This document shows, in pieces, positions 26,990 to 36,178 of a stretch of 64,000 bases of DNA. The notes beneath the pieces were generated by a model. The model was not told the origin of the DNA. It worked only from the letters and a program-made list of their open reading frames with translations, and searched no databases. The first letter of the stretch is position 1. Each line of letters starts with the position of its first letter. The stretch is from Anaerolineales bacterium (lineage in GTDB: Bacteria > Chloroflexota > Anaerolineae > Anaerolineales > UBA11858). The stretch is from assembly GCA_018335275.1 (NCBI GenBank), contig JAGXKM010000001.1, positions 8,154-72,153 of the forward strand, given 5' to 3'. A program made the position numbers and the translations under genes.

Positions 26990-28237
26990 ATGCAAAAACC
27001 ACTCATCCCACCCTCCATCAAACATCGAATGGATCAATTTCGCCGCTCGTATCCTCCTCAATTTTGGCTGCTTTTCTGGGGTACCCTGGTAAGCACGGTA
27101 GGGATGAGTATGATCTGGCCCTACCTGGTTGTTTACATCAGCAAGCAATTATCTCTGCCTATGGCATCCATCGGGGGTTTGATCACCTTGAACGCCGCCA
27201 TGAGTTTATTGACGTCTTTCCTGGCAGGTTCATTTACAGATCGATTGGGGCGCAAGTGGGCCATGGTTATCAGCTTATCATTCAACGGTCTGGCGTACTT
27301 CGCCATGATCCACGCCCAAACCCTGGGTCAATTTGCCCTTTTGATGGCGCTGCGGGGGGCGTTCCGACCTCTCTATCGGGTTGGATCGGATGCCATGCTG
27401 GCTGATCTGGTGTCTCCTGATCAACGGGCAGACGCGTACGCTTTGTATCGCCTCAGCAAGAATGTTGGCGTGGCCATGGGACCGGCCCTGGGCGGGTTTC
27501 TGGCCGCAACCTCCTACAACATTGCCTTCGGGATTGCTTCGATGACATCCATCATCTTCAGTTTGCTGATCGCCTTTTTCGCTCAAGAAACCCTTTCCCC
27601 CCAAGCACATCAGAAAAGCACTTTCCCAGAGTCCATTCAGGGGTACAGCAATATCTTTGCGGACAAATTCTTTATGACCTTTATCTTTGGCGTCATCTTC
27701 CGACAGATCAGCGCCAGCATCCTCTGGGTGCTCCTTGCAGCCTATACGAAGGAAAATTATGGCCTCACCGAAAGCCTCTACGGCCTCATCCCTACTACAA
27801 ATGCCCTCATGGTCGTTTTCCTCCAGGTGTTTGTAACCAGGAAGACTCAACAATATCCCCCCATAAAGGTGATGACCCTGGGGACGTTTTTATATGCCGC
27901 CGGGGTGGGCAGCATCGCTCTGGGAAACGGGTTCTGGGGATTTTGGGTGAGCATGGTGATCGTCACCATAGGGGAATTGATGGTCATCCCTACCGGCAGT
28001 TCTTTTACGGCAAACATCGCTCCCGAAGATATGCGAGGCCGTTACATGAGCCTGCTGGCTCTGACCTGGGGAGCAGGTTCCCTGGTTGGACCTCTATTAG
28101 GAGGGATCCTGAATGATCAATTCAACCCCGTATCCATATGGTACGGGGGAGGGATCGCTGGCCTATTGGGAACCTTTTTGCTCTTCTTTCTCTCCTTCAG
28201 GGATAAAGGATCACAAACGGACCAGCCTCGCTTGTAA
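26990..28237 (+). CDS. MFS transporter
   Basis: 415 aa with about 12 transmembrane segments and the DRLGRK loop motif. Confidence 0.8.
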   Translation: MQKPLIPPSIKHRMDQFRRSYPPQFWLLFWGTLVSTVGMSMIWPYLVVYISKQLSLPMASIGGLITLNAAMSLLTSFLAGSFTDRLGRKWAMVISLSFNGLAYFAMIHAQTLGQFALLMALRGAFRPLYRVGSDAMLADLVSPDQRADAYALYRLSKNVGVAMGPALGGFLAATSYNIAFGIASMTSIIFSLLIAFFAQETLSPQAHQKSTFPESIQGYSNIFADKFFMTFIFGVIFRQISASILWVLLAAYTKENYGLTESLYGLIPTTNALMVVFLQVFVTRKTQQYPPIKVMTLGTFLYAAGVGSIALGNGFWGFWVSMVIVTIGELMVIPTGSSFTANIAPEDMRGRYMSLLALTWGAGSLVGPLLGGILNDQFNPVSIWYGGGIAGLLGTFLLFFLSFRDKGSQTDQPRL

Positions 28238-28252
28238 CCGCGGAGGATCTAT

Positions 28253-28282
28253 AAAAAAGGATGGCTGTGGATACAGCCATCC
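28253..28282 (-). terminator. Intrinsic terminator of htpG (possibly bidirectional, also serving the MFS gene)
   Basis: Perfect 10-bp stem GGATGGCTGT-GGAT-ACAGCCATCC, followed on the minus strand by TTTTTT. Confidence 0.8.
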
Positions 28283-28318
28283 AGGAACTCTTAAAATCTC
28301 CCTGCACGCATTCCTTGT

Positions 28319-30214
28319 TCACTCTTTCAAAGCGGACTTCATAAACTTTTGTATGCGAGGGATCATGTCTGCTGGATCCGGATGTAAGCCTTCAATCATC
28401 AAGGTGCTCTCAAAGATCTGCTCGATGACCGCCCCTTTCAAATCATGCCCATCCTCTAATCTGCCCAACCGTTGGATGAGCGGATGTTCCGTGTTGAGTT
28501 CTAAAATCTTTTTAGGAATCTTAAAATCCCGATCCATCATCTTGTATACACGCTGCATTTCCTGACCCATGGCTCCTTCCGGGTCCACTAACCGGGCTAC
28601 AGAGGATGTCAAGCGATCCGTGGGGCGCACATCTGCCACCCGATCTCCCAGTTTGTCTTGGAACGTCTGGAGCAGATGATCCACCTGTTCACCTGACAGC
28701 GATGATTCTTGATCATCTTCCTCTGTTTTACCTTCCTGACCATCAGGAGACGTGGGGAGTTCAAGGTCCGCATCCGACACATTCTTAAGGGCGTAGTCCT
28801 TATATTCCCGAATCCCCATCAGCATAAAGGAGTCCACGGGGTCAGCGAGAATCAGTACCTCATATCCATGGGTCTGAAAATAATCCAGATGGGGGCTTCG
28901 AGTCACCGAGTGTTCGTCATCACCCAGGATGTAATATATCTTATCCTGGCCCTCCTGCATGCGTTCGATGTAATCATCAAGGGATGACCAGATGTCGGGG
29001 CAAGAAGTGGTTCGAAAGCGGAGCAATGGGTAGAGAGATGACCGGTCCGACTCATCTGAAGCCACTCCCTCCTTAATAAACTGCCCAAACTTGCTCCAGA
29101 ATTCTTCATATTTCTCTTCCTCATTGGAAGCCATTGAAGCCAAAGTCTGGGTCACCTGATTGGTAAGAATCCGCTTCAAGCGGGCCATCACCGCAGAAGC
29201 CTGAACGCTTTCCCTGGAGACATTGAGCGGTAAATCCTCCGCATCCACCACACCCTGGATAAAGCGGTAATACTGGGGCAGCAATTCCTTAGAATACTCG
29301 TCTATCAACACCTTTCGAGCATACAGCTTCAGCCCATTTTCCTCCCTGATGGTGGTTAATCCCCGATCTGGTTCAGGGGGAATATACAGGAGAGCGAAAA
29401 TTTTCATAGGCGCATCCGCTACGAAGTGTATCGTCTCCAAAGGAGGTTCAAATTCATAGGTGAGGTGCTGATAAAAATCTTCATACTCTCCCTCATCAAC
29501 AGCGCGCGGGTTTTCACGCCAGACAGCGTTTTGCCGGTTTACTTGTTCTTCATCCTCACCGAGATAAATCGGGTACGCAACATAATCTGAGTGTTTCTTG
29601 ATGATCTCTCTCAATCTGTGTTTCCGGGCAAATTCCGCTGCATCATCTTTGAGTTTTACCGTCACTGTCGTTCCCCGGTTATCTTTTTCTGCACTCCCAA
29701 GCATAAACGTCTCCGCGCCGGTGGCAAACCAACTGGCGGGATCCGCGTCCGGTTTGTAAGACCTGCTGGTTACCTTCACCCAATCGGCAACCATAAATAC
29801 GGAATAAAAACCCACCCCGAACTTCCCAATCACATCTTCGAGATCCTTCTCTTCATCTTCCGCTGCTTCTAAAAACGCCCGCGCACCGGATTGGGCAATG
29901 GTCCCTAAATTGGTCCGGACTTCCTCCTGGGTCATGCCAATGCCCGTATCCGTGATTTCCAATATGTTCTCATCCTCATCGACATCCACATGGATTTCAT
30001 ATTCCACCCCCGGGTCCACCACTTCGCGCTCCGTCTCCATCACGAACCGCATCTGCGTCAGGGCATCGGAGGCATTGGAAATCAATTCCCGCAAGAAAAT
30101 CTCCCGCTCCGTGTACAAAGAATGGATTAATATGTTTAATAACTGTTTTACTTCGGTTTCAAAAGCGATGGGGTCGCTGGGATTTTGAATCTGATCCTTA
30201 AAACCCACACTCAT
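28319..30214 (-). CDS. htpG: Molecular chaperone HtpG (Hsp90)
   Basis: 631 aa with FETEVKQLLNILIHSLYTEREIFLRELISNASDA and GKFGVGFYS. Confidence 0.95.
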   Translation of the reverse strand: MSVGFKDQIQNPSDPIAFETEVKQLLNILIHSLYTEREIFLRELISNASDALTQMRFVMETEREVVDPGVEYEIHVDVDEDENILEITDTGIGMTQEEVRTNLGTIAQSGARAFLEAAEDEEKDLEDVIGKFGVGFYSVFMVADWVKVTSRSYKPDADPASWFATGAETFMLGSAEKDNRGTTVTVKLKDDAAEFARKHRLREIIKKHSDYVAYPIYLGEDEEQVNRQNAVWRENPRAVDEGEYEDFYQHLTYEFEPPLETIHFVADAPMKIFALLYIPPEPDRGLTTIREENGLKLYARKVLIDEYSKELLPQYYRFIQGVVDAEDLPLNVSRESVQASAVMARLKRILTNQVTQTLASMASNEEEKYEEFWSKFGQFIKEGVASDESDRSSLYPLLRFRTTSCPDIWSSLDDYIERMQEGQDKIYYILGDDEHSVTRSPHLDYFQTHGYEVLILADPVDSFMLMGIREYKDYALKNVSDADLELPTSPDGQEGKTEEDDQESSLSGEQVDHLLQTFQDKLGDRVADVRPTDRLTSSVARLVDPEGAMGQEMQRVYKMMDRDFKIPKKILELNTEHPLIQRLGRLEDGHDLKGAVIEQIFESTLMIEGLHPDPADMIPRIQKFMKSALKE

Positions 30215-30387
30215 TTCTGACCTCCTTCAAGCATGACTGTTCAAGTACATCTACTATATCGAATGAGTGTTAAAAAGTTGTAAGAATAGGATCAACAAAG
30301 GATAAAGTCCTCATTGACGGCCAAAAAAATGGACCTTTCCTCAGGTTTTCCCCCTCCCGGATTTCGTTTCCCCCTTCTTGGAAGGAG

Positions 30388-31275
30388 TTATCCGCCGCGC
30401 ACAATCGCATCCGTCATTTTCGCCACCCGGGTCATTTGGGCCACATCATGAACGCGAACGATATCTGCCCCCCTGGCAATGCCGATGGACACCGTGGCTG
30501 CAGTCCCTTCCACGCGTTCCTCAGGAGGTAGGTCAAGGGTATAGCCAATGAAGGACTTCCGGGAAGGGCCCAGGAGAACGGGATATCCCAGCCCACGGAT
30601 CTCATCAAGACGGTTGAGGAGTTCTAAATTTTGATTGACCGTCTTCCCAAACCCAATTCCCGGATCCAGGATGATATGCTTTTCTGGAATGCCGGCTTCC
30701 CTGGCAACCTGCACACTCTCCATCAGCTCGCGCTTGACATCTTGCAGTAAATCTTCGTATTCCACCCCCACATAACGACCTCCCAGCTGTTCTTTGATCT
30801 GCGCGTTGCTGGGATCACTGCGGTTGTGCATCAGGATAACGGGAACCTGATGTTCAGAAATGACAGTCTTCAACTCAGGATCCGCCCTTAATCCCCAGAC
30901 ATCATTGACAAGATCCGCCCCTCTTGCAAGGGCTTTCTCGGCAACCAGCGCTTTATAGGTATCAATGGAGATCACGGTCTCGAACTCATCTGACAGCCGA
31001 TCAATCACAGGCAGGACCCGGTTCAACTCCTCATCAACAGAAACCGGATCTGCTCCCGGTCTCGTACTTTCTCCACCCACATCCAGGATATCCACCCCTG
31101 CCTTGACGAAGGCACGAGCCTGTTCCACCGCTCCTTCCATCCCCTTCCCCACCAGACCATCCCCCGAAAAACTATCCGGCGTCACGTTGAGAATACCCAT
31201 CACATAGGTCCGCTTTCCCCAACGAAAAAGGAAATCCCCCACAGATAATTCATGTTCAATGACTTTTTTCATCAA
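30388..31275 (-). CDS. folP: Dihydropteroate synthase
   Basis: 295 aa with GILNVTPDSFSGDG, DVGGESTRPG and DPGIGFGK. Confidence 0.9.
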   Translation of the reverse strand: MMKKVIEHELSVGDFLFRWGKRTYVMGILNVTPDSFSGDGLVGKGMEGAVEQARAFVKAGVDILDVGGESTRPGADPVSVDEELNRVLPVIDRLSDEFETVISIDTYKALVAEKALARGADLVNDVWGLRADPELKTVISEHQVPVILMHNRSDPSNAQIKEQLGGRYVGVEYEDLLQDVKRELMESVQVAREAGIPEKHIILDPGIGFGKTVNQNLELLNRLDEIRGLGYPVLLGPSRKSFIGYTLDLPPEERVEGTAATVSIGIARGADIVRVHDVAQMTRVAKMTDAIVRGG

Positions 31276-31284
31276 AGGTTCCTT

Positions 31285-32706
31285 TTAAATCACTTCTGCA
31301 TCTGGTTGCCGAGTCAGGAATTGCCCCATCCCCGCTTTTCCCAACCACTCATCACCATCGACGATCAATTTTCCGCGCAGGAGCACTTTCGCGGGGTAAC
31401 CCTGTAACTCCCATCCCTCGTAAAGATTATAATCCGTGCGGTGGTGAGCCACATCCACCCCGTAAGTCAGGGTCTTTTCCGGATCCCAGATGGCGATATC
31501 CGCATCGGCCCCCGGCATCAACGACCCTTTTCGGGGGTAAAGGCCAAAGATCTTCGCCGCGTTCGTGCTCGTTTGAGCTACAAATTGATTCGGGGTTAAG
31601 GCCCCTTTGACCACTCCCTCTGTCCACAGAACTGGTAAACGATCCCCCACACCCGGCAACCCGTTGGGGATTTTTGTAAAGTCATCTTTGCCAAGCTCTT
31701 TTCCGGGAATTTTAACCTCTTCTCCCTCATATTCAATGGGCGTAGTGCCATCATAGAAGAACGGACAGTGATCTGTTCCCAGAGTCTGGAGGGTGTTATC
31801 CTCCAGGCCCAGCCAAATCCGTTCCTTGTCAACAATTGAGCGCATGGGGGGAGAACAGATCCATTTTGCCCCATCCGGGCGCCGCAGATGATCCACCGTG
31901 AAGAACAGGTACGGGGGGCATGTCTCGCCCATCACAGGAAGGCCCAGATCCCGGGCATATTTCAATTGGTCAACGCCCCCCGCTGTATTCATGTGCACGA
32001 TATACAGAGGTGCCCCCGCCTGAGCTGCCAACGCGGTCCCCCGCAAGACGGATTCCACCGCTCCCCAAGCAGGGCGTGTATGGGCATGCCATTCCGGCGA
32101 GGTGTGCCCTGCCTCCAGGGCTTCCTGCACCAAGACCTCAATGACATCCCCATTTTCAGCATGGAGCATGGTCAGCATCCCCTGATCACGGGCGATGCGC
32201 ATCACCTGAAAGATCTCCCCATCTTGCAGCCGGAGGCGTCCATTATAAGCAGTGAACACTTTAAGCGTGGTGATTCCCGCACCAACCAGATCCGGAATTT
32301 GGGCAGCGATCTCTTTGTCGAAATGGGTGATATTCATGTGAAAACTGAAGTCCACGGCTGCTTTGGGATCCGCTTTGTCACGCCACGCTTCCACATTTTG
32401 CAGCAAATCATTTTTGTCATCGGGCACAAAATCCATCACGGTTGTCGTCCCCCCAAAGGCCGCTGCTTTATGCCCGGAGTAATGGTCGTCCGAGGAAACC
32501 GTATCAAACATCGGCAGATCAAGGTGCGTGTGGGGGTCAATTCCTCCCGGCAAGACGAACTTGTCTTCTGCGTCCACCACCCGGCAGCCGGCCTCATCGA
32601 AATCACGACCGACAGCCGCGATCTTTTCCCCCTCGATCAGGATATCCGCCTGGAAGGTCTCCGAAGCGGTAATCAACGTTCCATTTTTGATGATTGTCTT
32701 GCTCAT
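31285..32706 (-). CDS. Dihydropyrimidinase / D-hydantoinase
   Basis: 473 aa with GGIDPHTHLDLPM, GGTTTVMDF and TTLKVFTAY (the carboxylated-Lys context); cyclic amidohydrolase family. Confidence 0.85.
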   Translation of the reverse strand: MSKTIIKNGTLITASETFQADILIEGEKIAAVGRDFDEAGCRVVDAEDKFVLPGGIDPHTHLDLPMFDTVSSDDHYSGHKAAAFGGTTTVMDFVPDDKNDLLQNVEAWRDKADPKAAVDFSFHMNITHFDKEIAAQIPDLVGAGITTLKVFTAYNGRLRLQDGEIFQVMRIARDQGMLTMLHAENGDVIEVLVQEALEAGHTSPEWHAHTRPAWGAVESVLRGTALAAQAGAPLYIVHMNTAGGVDQLKYARDLGLPVMGETCPPYLFFTVDHLRRPDGAKWICSPPMRSIVDKERIWLGLEDNTLQTLGTDHCPFFYDGTTPIEYEGEEVKIPGKELGKDDFTKIPNGLPGVGDRLPVLWTEGVVKGALTPNQFVAQTSTNAAKIFGLYPRKGSLMPGADADIAIWDPEKTLTYGVDVAHHRTDYNLYEGWELQGYPAKVLLRGKLIVDGDEWLGKAGMGQFLTRQPDAEVI

Positions 32707-32921
32707 AAACCCTTCCTTGAGAATACTCTTACTTCAGGACGAATCTACCTGAAGTCAAATAACCCTGAAATTAGGATGATGTATGGGGAAATTATACTCC
32801 ACAGCCGGGAGTTTTTTCCACAGCCATGGCAGGGTTGAAGGGATAAAAAACCCGGACATCCAGCAGCTCCTTAAGCTGGTACAAATCAGCGCGGAACCTG
32901 AACATGCCTGCATATATTCAC

Positions 32922-33491
32922 CTATTTACTGAGTTCATCCGGGTGGGTGCTGAGACCTAATAAGGCAGCCAGGACCTTCGGGGAAAGGTCTTCATCCGCA
33001 GCATCAGCCGTATACTCGCTGGTTTGATCCGACCGTTCTCTGAGCGCTTTCCACAGCCTTTTTCGTTCACTGGAACGCACCGTCAGATCCGTCAACAATC
33101 TGGCCTTCCGCATATATTGGCCCGTGGTGTACAAAAAAGTGAACCGTTTCCAGTTTCCAGCCAGGATCGGTTCAGGGAGGTTCTGTAAAGGTCCTAACTG
33201 AACCTTGTAATATTCCTCATGCGCCCGAGGATGTTCGGGGTCTTCGCTGATCAGATCAATCCTCCTCGTCAACTCATGACCCCGAACAGGAGCGATTCTT
33301 TCCACACGCCAGCGATCGTCCCCAAAGGTTGCCGGTTGGTAAAAAGCCAAATAGTCCACATTCAAAATCCGCGGGGCGGTGCACACCGGGATCCTATACC
33401 AGCCCAGGACCCGGGCATACTGCATATCACGGGGTTCAGGCATGATCGCCACCAGGATCAGCGCAGAAGGAGAGAGTTGCACGGTCTTCAT
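32922..33491 (-). CDS. Conserved-looking hypothetical protein
   Basis: 189 aa with no motif I can assign. It is soluble with a basic/acidic C-terminal tail. Confidence 0.5.
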   Translation of the reverse strand: MKTVQLSPSALILVAIMPEPRDMQYARVLGWYRIPVCTAPRILNVDYLAFYQPATFGDDRWRVERIAPVRGHELTRRIDLISEDPEHPRAHEEYYKVQLGPLQNLPEPILAGNWKRFTFLYTTGQYMRKARLLTDLTVRSSERKRLWKALRERSDQTSEYTADAADEDLSPKVLAALLGLSTHPDELSK

Positions 33492-33647
33492 AACTTACCC
33501 CCACATGCTGTCAGCTGTCAGGAGACGAAAACAGCTGTTACAGCAAAACAAAAGGTTCTTTTATCTCTTATTTTCATTATACACAAAGCAAGTCACCTCA
33601 TCTTATGAGCCATTTTCCCTCCATGAATCAACTCCCAATTGAAAGTG

Positions 33648-33686
33648 AAAAGCGCCGTGTTCCAAGACTCAGAACGCGGCGCTTTT
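33648..33686 (-). terminator. Intrinsic (bidirectional-type) terminator after the 33710-35170 gene
   Basis: 11-bp stem GCGCCGTGTTC/GAACGCGGCGC (one G.T pair) flanked by AAAA and TTTT. Confidence 0.75.
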
Positions 33687-33709
33687 AAGTTCCTTACTGG
33701 AATAAGGGC

Positions 33710-35170
33710 CTAGAGCAGACCCACTCGGTCGTTAAAATCTTTGATCAATTCATCCATATCGTCAACCTGCTGGTGGTAGCCATCCCAATACGATTTGTCG
33801 GACCATTGGGTATTGAGTTCTTCCAGCTCTTTGCCCTGCTGCTCGATCCAGGTGTAGTACTTCAGGTTGTGGATCCGGCGTTTAGCTTCAAAGTTCAGGT
33901 CCAGTAAATAATTGGGGGTCACCCCTTTCAAGTAACGAGCGTGATGGCGGGCGGCGTCCATTTCCGTGTACTCTCCAAATTCCTCGTGCATCTCTTTCAG
34001 GCGGCTCTGGTAGAGCTCCATGGAATCCGTAAACACGGTGAGGACGATATCGTTCTCATCCAGCTCATAATACTTGGCATATTTGATGGACATGAGCACG
34101 TTAGCAATGCAGGAAAAGCCCATGAAATCCAGCTGGCAGACGAGGTCCTGAGGGACCCCTTTGTCGATCAGATACTGCCGGCCGGCCGGTTCGTTGAAAA
34201 GGCGGGCCAGGTTGACCACCGCGTTGTCGTCGATGGCGATGACCATATCCGTATTTCTGACGTTATGGATCCAGGGTACGTGTTTGTCGCCAATACCCTC
34301 AATGCGGTGCGCGCCAAATCCGTTTTCCAGCAAGGTCGGGCACTGCAGCGCTTCACCAACCGCGATCCTGCTGTTGGGGAAGATCTCTTTCAGGTAATCC
34401 CCGCAGCCCAGGGTGCCGGAAGAGCCGGAGGTCAGCGCCACGCCGTGGTAGTTGTCGTCAGGCCCCATCTCGATACCCAGGACCTCTTCCATGGCATGGC
34501 CCGTGACGTTATAGTGCCAGAGGTGATTGCCAAACTCGTCAAATTGATTGAAGACGAAGACATTTTCCCGTTCCTCGCGCAGTTCCCAGACCTTATCGTA
34601 AATCTCTTTGACGTTGGATTCAGAACCCGGGGTAGCGATCGTTTCCCCGGCCACTTTAGACAGCCAGTCAAAGCGCTCCTGACTCATCCCCTCGGGCAGG
34701 ATGGCGATGGAATCACAGGCCAGTAAAGAAGCATCGTAAGCTCCTCCGCGGCAGTAGTTGCCGGTGGAAGGCCAGACCGCTTCATGGTAGGTGGGGTCAA
34801 ACTGACCGGTCACCAGGCGGGGAACGAGGCATCCAAAGGTGGCGCCCACTTTATGCGATCCCGTCGGGAACCATTTCCCCACCAAAGCAATGATGCGGGC
34901 ATCCACGCCCGTCAAACTTTTAGGGAGCTCTACATAGTTAACACCATTAAACCCGCCCCCATGCTCAACAGGCTCGTTCTTCCAGGTGATGCGGAATAAA
35001 TTCCGCGAAGTGATATCCCACAGGCCAATATCCTTCAATTCCTCTTTGACCTTGTCAGGAATCAATTCCGGGTTCCTCATCTGTGCAAAGGTAGGGATGA
35101 TGATATCCCGCTCCCGGGCTCGTTGGACTGTTCTTTCTCGCTGCTCTTCATTTATAGTTAGATCAATCAT
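33710..35170 (-). CDS. Fold-type-II (TrpB/cysteine-synthase-like) PLP-dependent enzyme, subfamily unassigned
   Basis: 486 aa with FPTGSHKVGATFG (candidate PLP lysine) and PSTGNYCRGGAY. It is longer than CysK or TrpB. Confidence 0.6.
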   Translation of the reverse strand: MIDLTINEEQRERTVQRARERDIIIPTFAQMRNPELIPDKVKEELKDIGLWDITSRNLFRITWKNEPVEHGGGFNGVNYVELPKSLTGVDARIIALVGKWFPTGSHKVGATFGCLVPRLVTGQFDPTYHEAVWPSTGNYCRGGAYDASLLACDSIAILPEGMSQERFDWLSKVAGETIATPGSESNVKEIYDKVWELREERENVFVFNQFDEFGNHLWHYNVTGHAMEEVLGIEMGPDDNYHGVALTSGSSGTLGCGDYLKEIFPNSRIAVGEALQCPTLLENGFGAHRIEGIGDKHVPWIHNVRNTDMVIAIDDNAVVNLARLFNEPAGRQYLIDKGVPQDLVCQLDFMGFSCIANVLMSIKYAKYYELDENDIVLTVFTDSMELYQSRLKEMHEEFGEYTEMDAARHHARYLKGVTPNYLLDLNFEAKRRIHNLKYYTWIEQQGKELEELNTQWSDKSYWDGYHQQVDDMDELIKDFNDRVGLL

Positions 35171-35227
35171 ATGCTTCTATTCCTTTTCTCCAAGTAAAGT
35201 GTTTCTTTTCCATTCCCCTGTGTTTTA

Positions 35228-36160
35228 TCATTCCTCTATCTGGGGAGCCTCCCGAACGATATAAAGGGGCCTCCCTTTGGCCTCGTCGTAAATGCGCCCG
35301 ATGTATTCTCCCAAAACTCCCAGGAAGATCAACTGCACCCCTCCCAGGAATAAGATCAGGATCAGGGTCAATGCCTGTCCATACAGAGCCCGGGATCCCG
35401 CTAATCGCAGAACAATGGTGGTCAACAGGGCCAGGATCCCCAACCCGGTCGCCCCAAACCCTACATACATGGCAAGCTGTAAGGGGAAGATTGAAAAGCC
35501 GGTCACGGCATCACTGGCTAACTTGACCATTTTCCGCAAAGGGTATTTGGTTTCACCGGCATGCCGCTCCTCCCTCTCATAAGCCACACCCGTTTGTTTG
35601 AAGCCCACCCAGACGGACATCCCCCGTAAAAAGCGGTGCTGTTCGCGCATCTGGTTGAGCACGGAGACCACTTTGCGGTCTAACAACCGGAAATCGCCGG
35701 TATCCAGAGGGATCGAGATCTCCGTAATGCGTTGGATGAAGCGGTAAAAGGCGGCAGCGGTGGCCAGTTTGAACCAGCTCTCCCCTTCCCGTGTTTCCCT
35801 CACCGCGTAGACGACCTCATATCCCTCCTTCCATTTTTGAATCAGATCCAGGATCACTTCGGGAGGATCCTGCAAATCCGCGTCGATGATGACCACAGCT
35901 TCCCCCCGGCTGTAATCCAGCCCAGCGGTGACCGCGATCTGATGACCGAAATTCCGGGCGAAGATCACCGGACGTACGCGGTCATCCTTCTCGGCAAGCT
36001 GCCGTATGTGGTCCACAGACCCATCCGTGGACCCATCATCCACCATCACGAACTCCCAGCTCTCTCCCGTCCTCTCCATGACCTCACGGATCCGGCGATA
36101 GAGGACGGGAAGGTTGTCTATTTCGTTATAAATGGGTGCAATGATCGTATAGGTAGGCAT
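35228..36160 (-). CDS. Family-2 glycosyltransferase (polyprenol-phosphate sugar transferase-like) with C-terminal transmembrane helices
   Basis: 310 aa with IIAPIYNE, VMVDDGSTDGS, IDADLQDPPE and two C-terminal hydrophobic helices. Confidence 0.8.
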   Translation of the reverse strand: MPTYTIIAPIYNEIDNLPVLYRRIREVMERTGESWEFVMVDDGSTDGSVDHIRQLAEKDDRVRPVIFARNFGHQIAVTAGLDYSRGEAVVIIDADLQDPPEVILDLIQKWKEGYEVVYAVRETREGESWFKLATAAAFYRFIQRITEISIPLDTGDFRLLDRKVVSVLNQMREQHRFLRGMSVWVGFKQTGVAYEREERHAGETKYPLRKMVKLASDAVTGFSIFPLQLAMYVGFGATGLGILALLTTIVLRLAGSRALYGQALTLILILFLGGVQLIFLGVLGEYIGRIYDEAKGRPLYIVREAPQIEE

Positions 36161-36178
36161 AGTTATAAACCTGGTTGA

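Noticed and set aside
30265-30273. GAGTGTTAA upstream of htpG, resembling one half of a CIRCE (HrcA) element.
   Set aside because: The partner half-site 9 nt away does not match, so this is not a credible inverted repeat.
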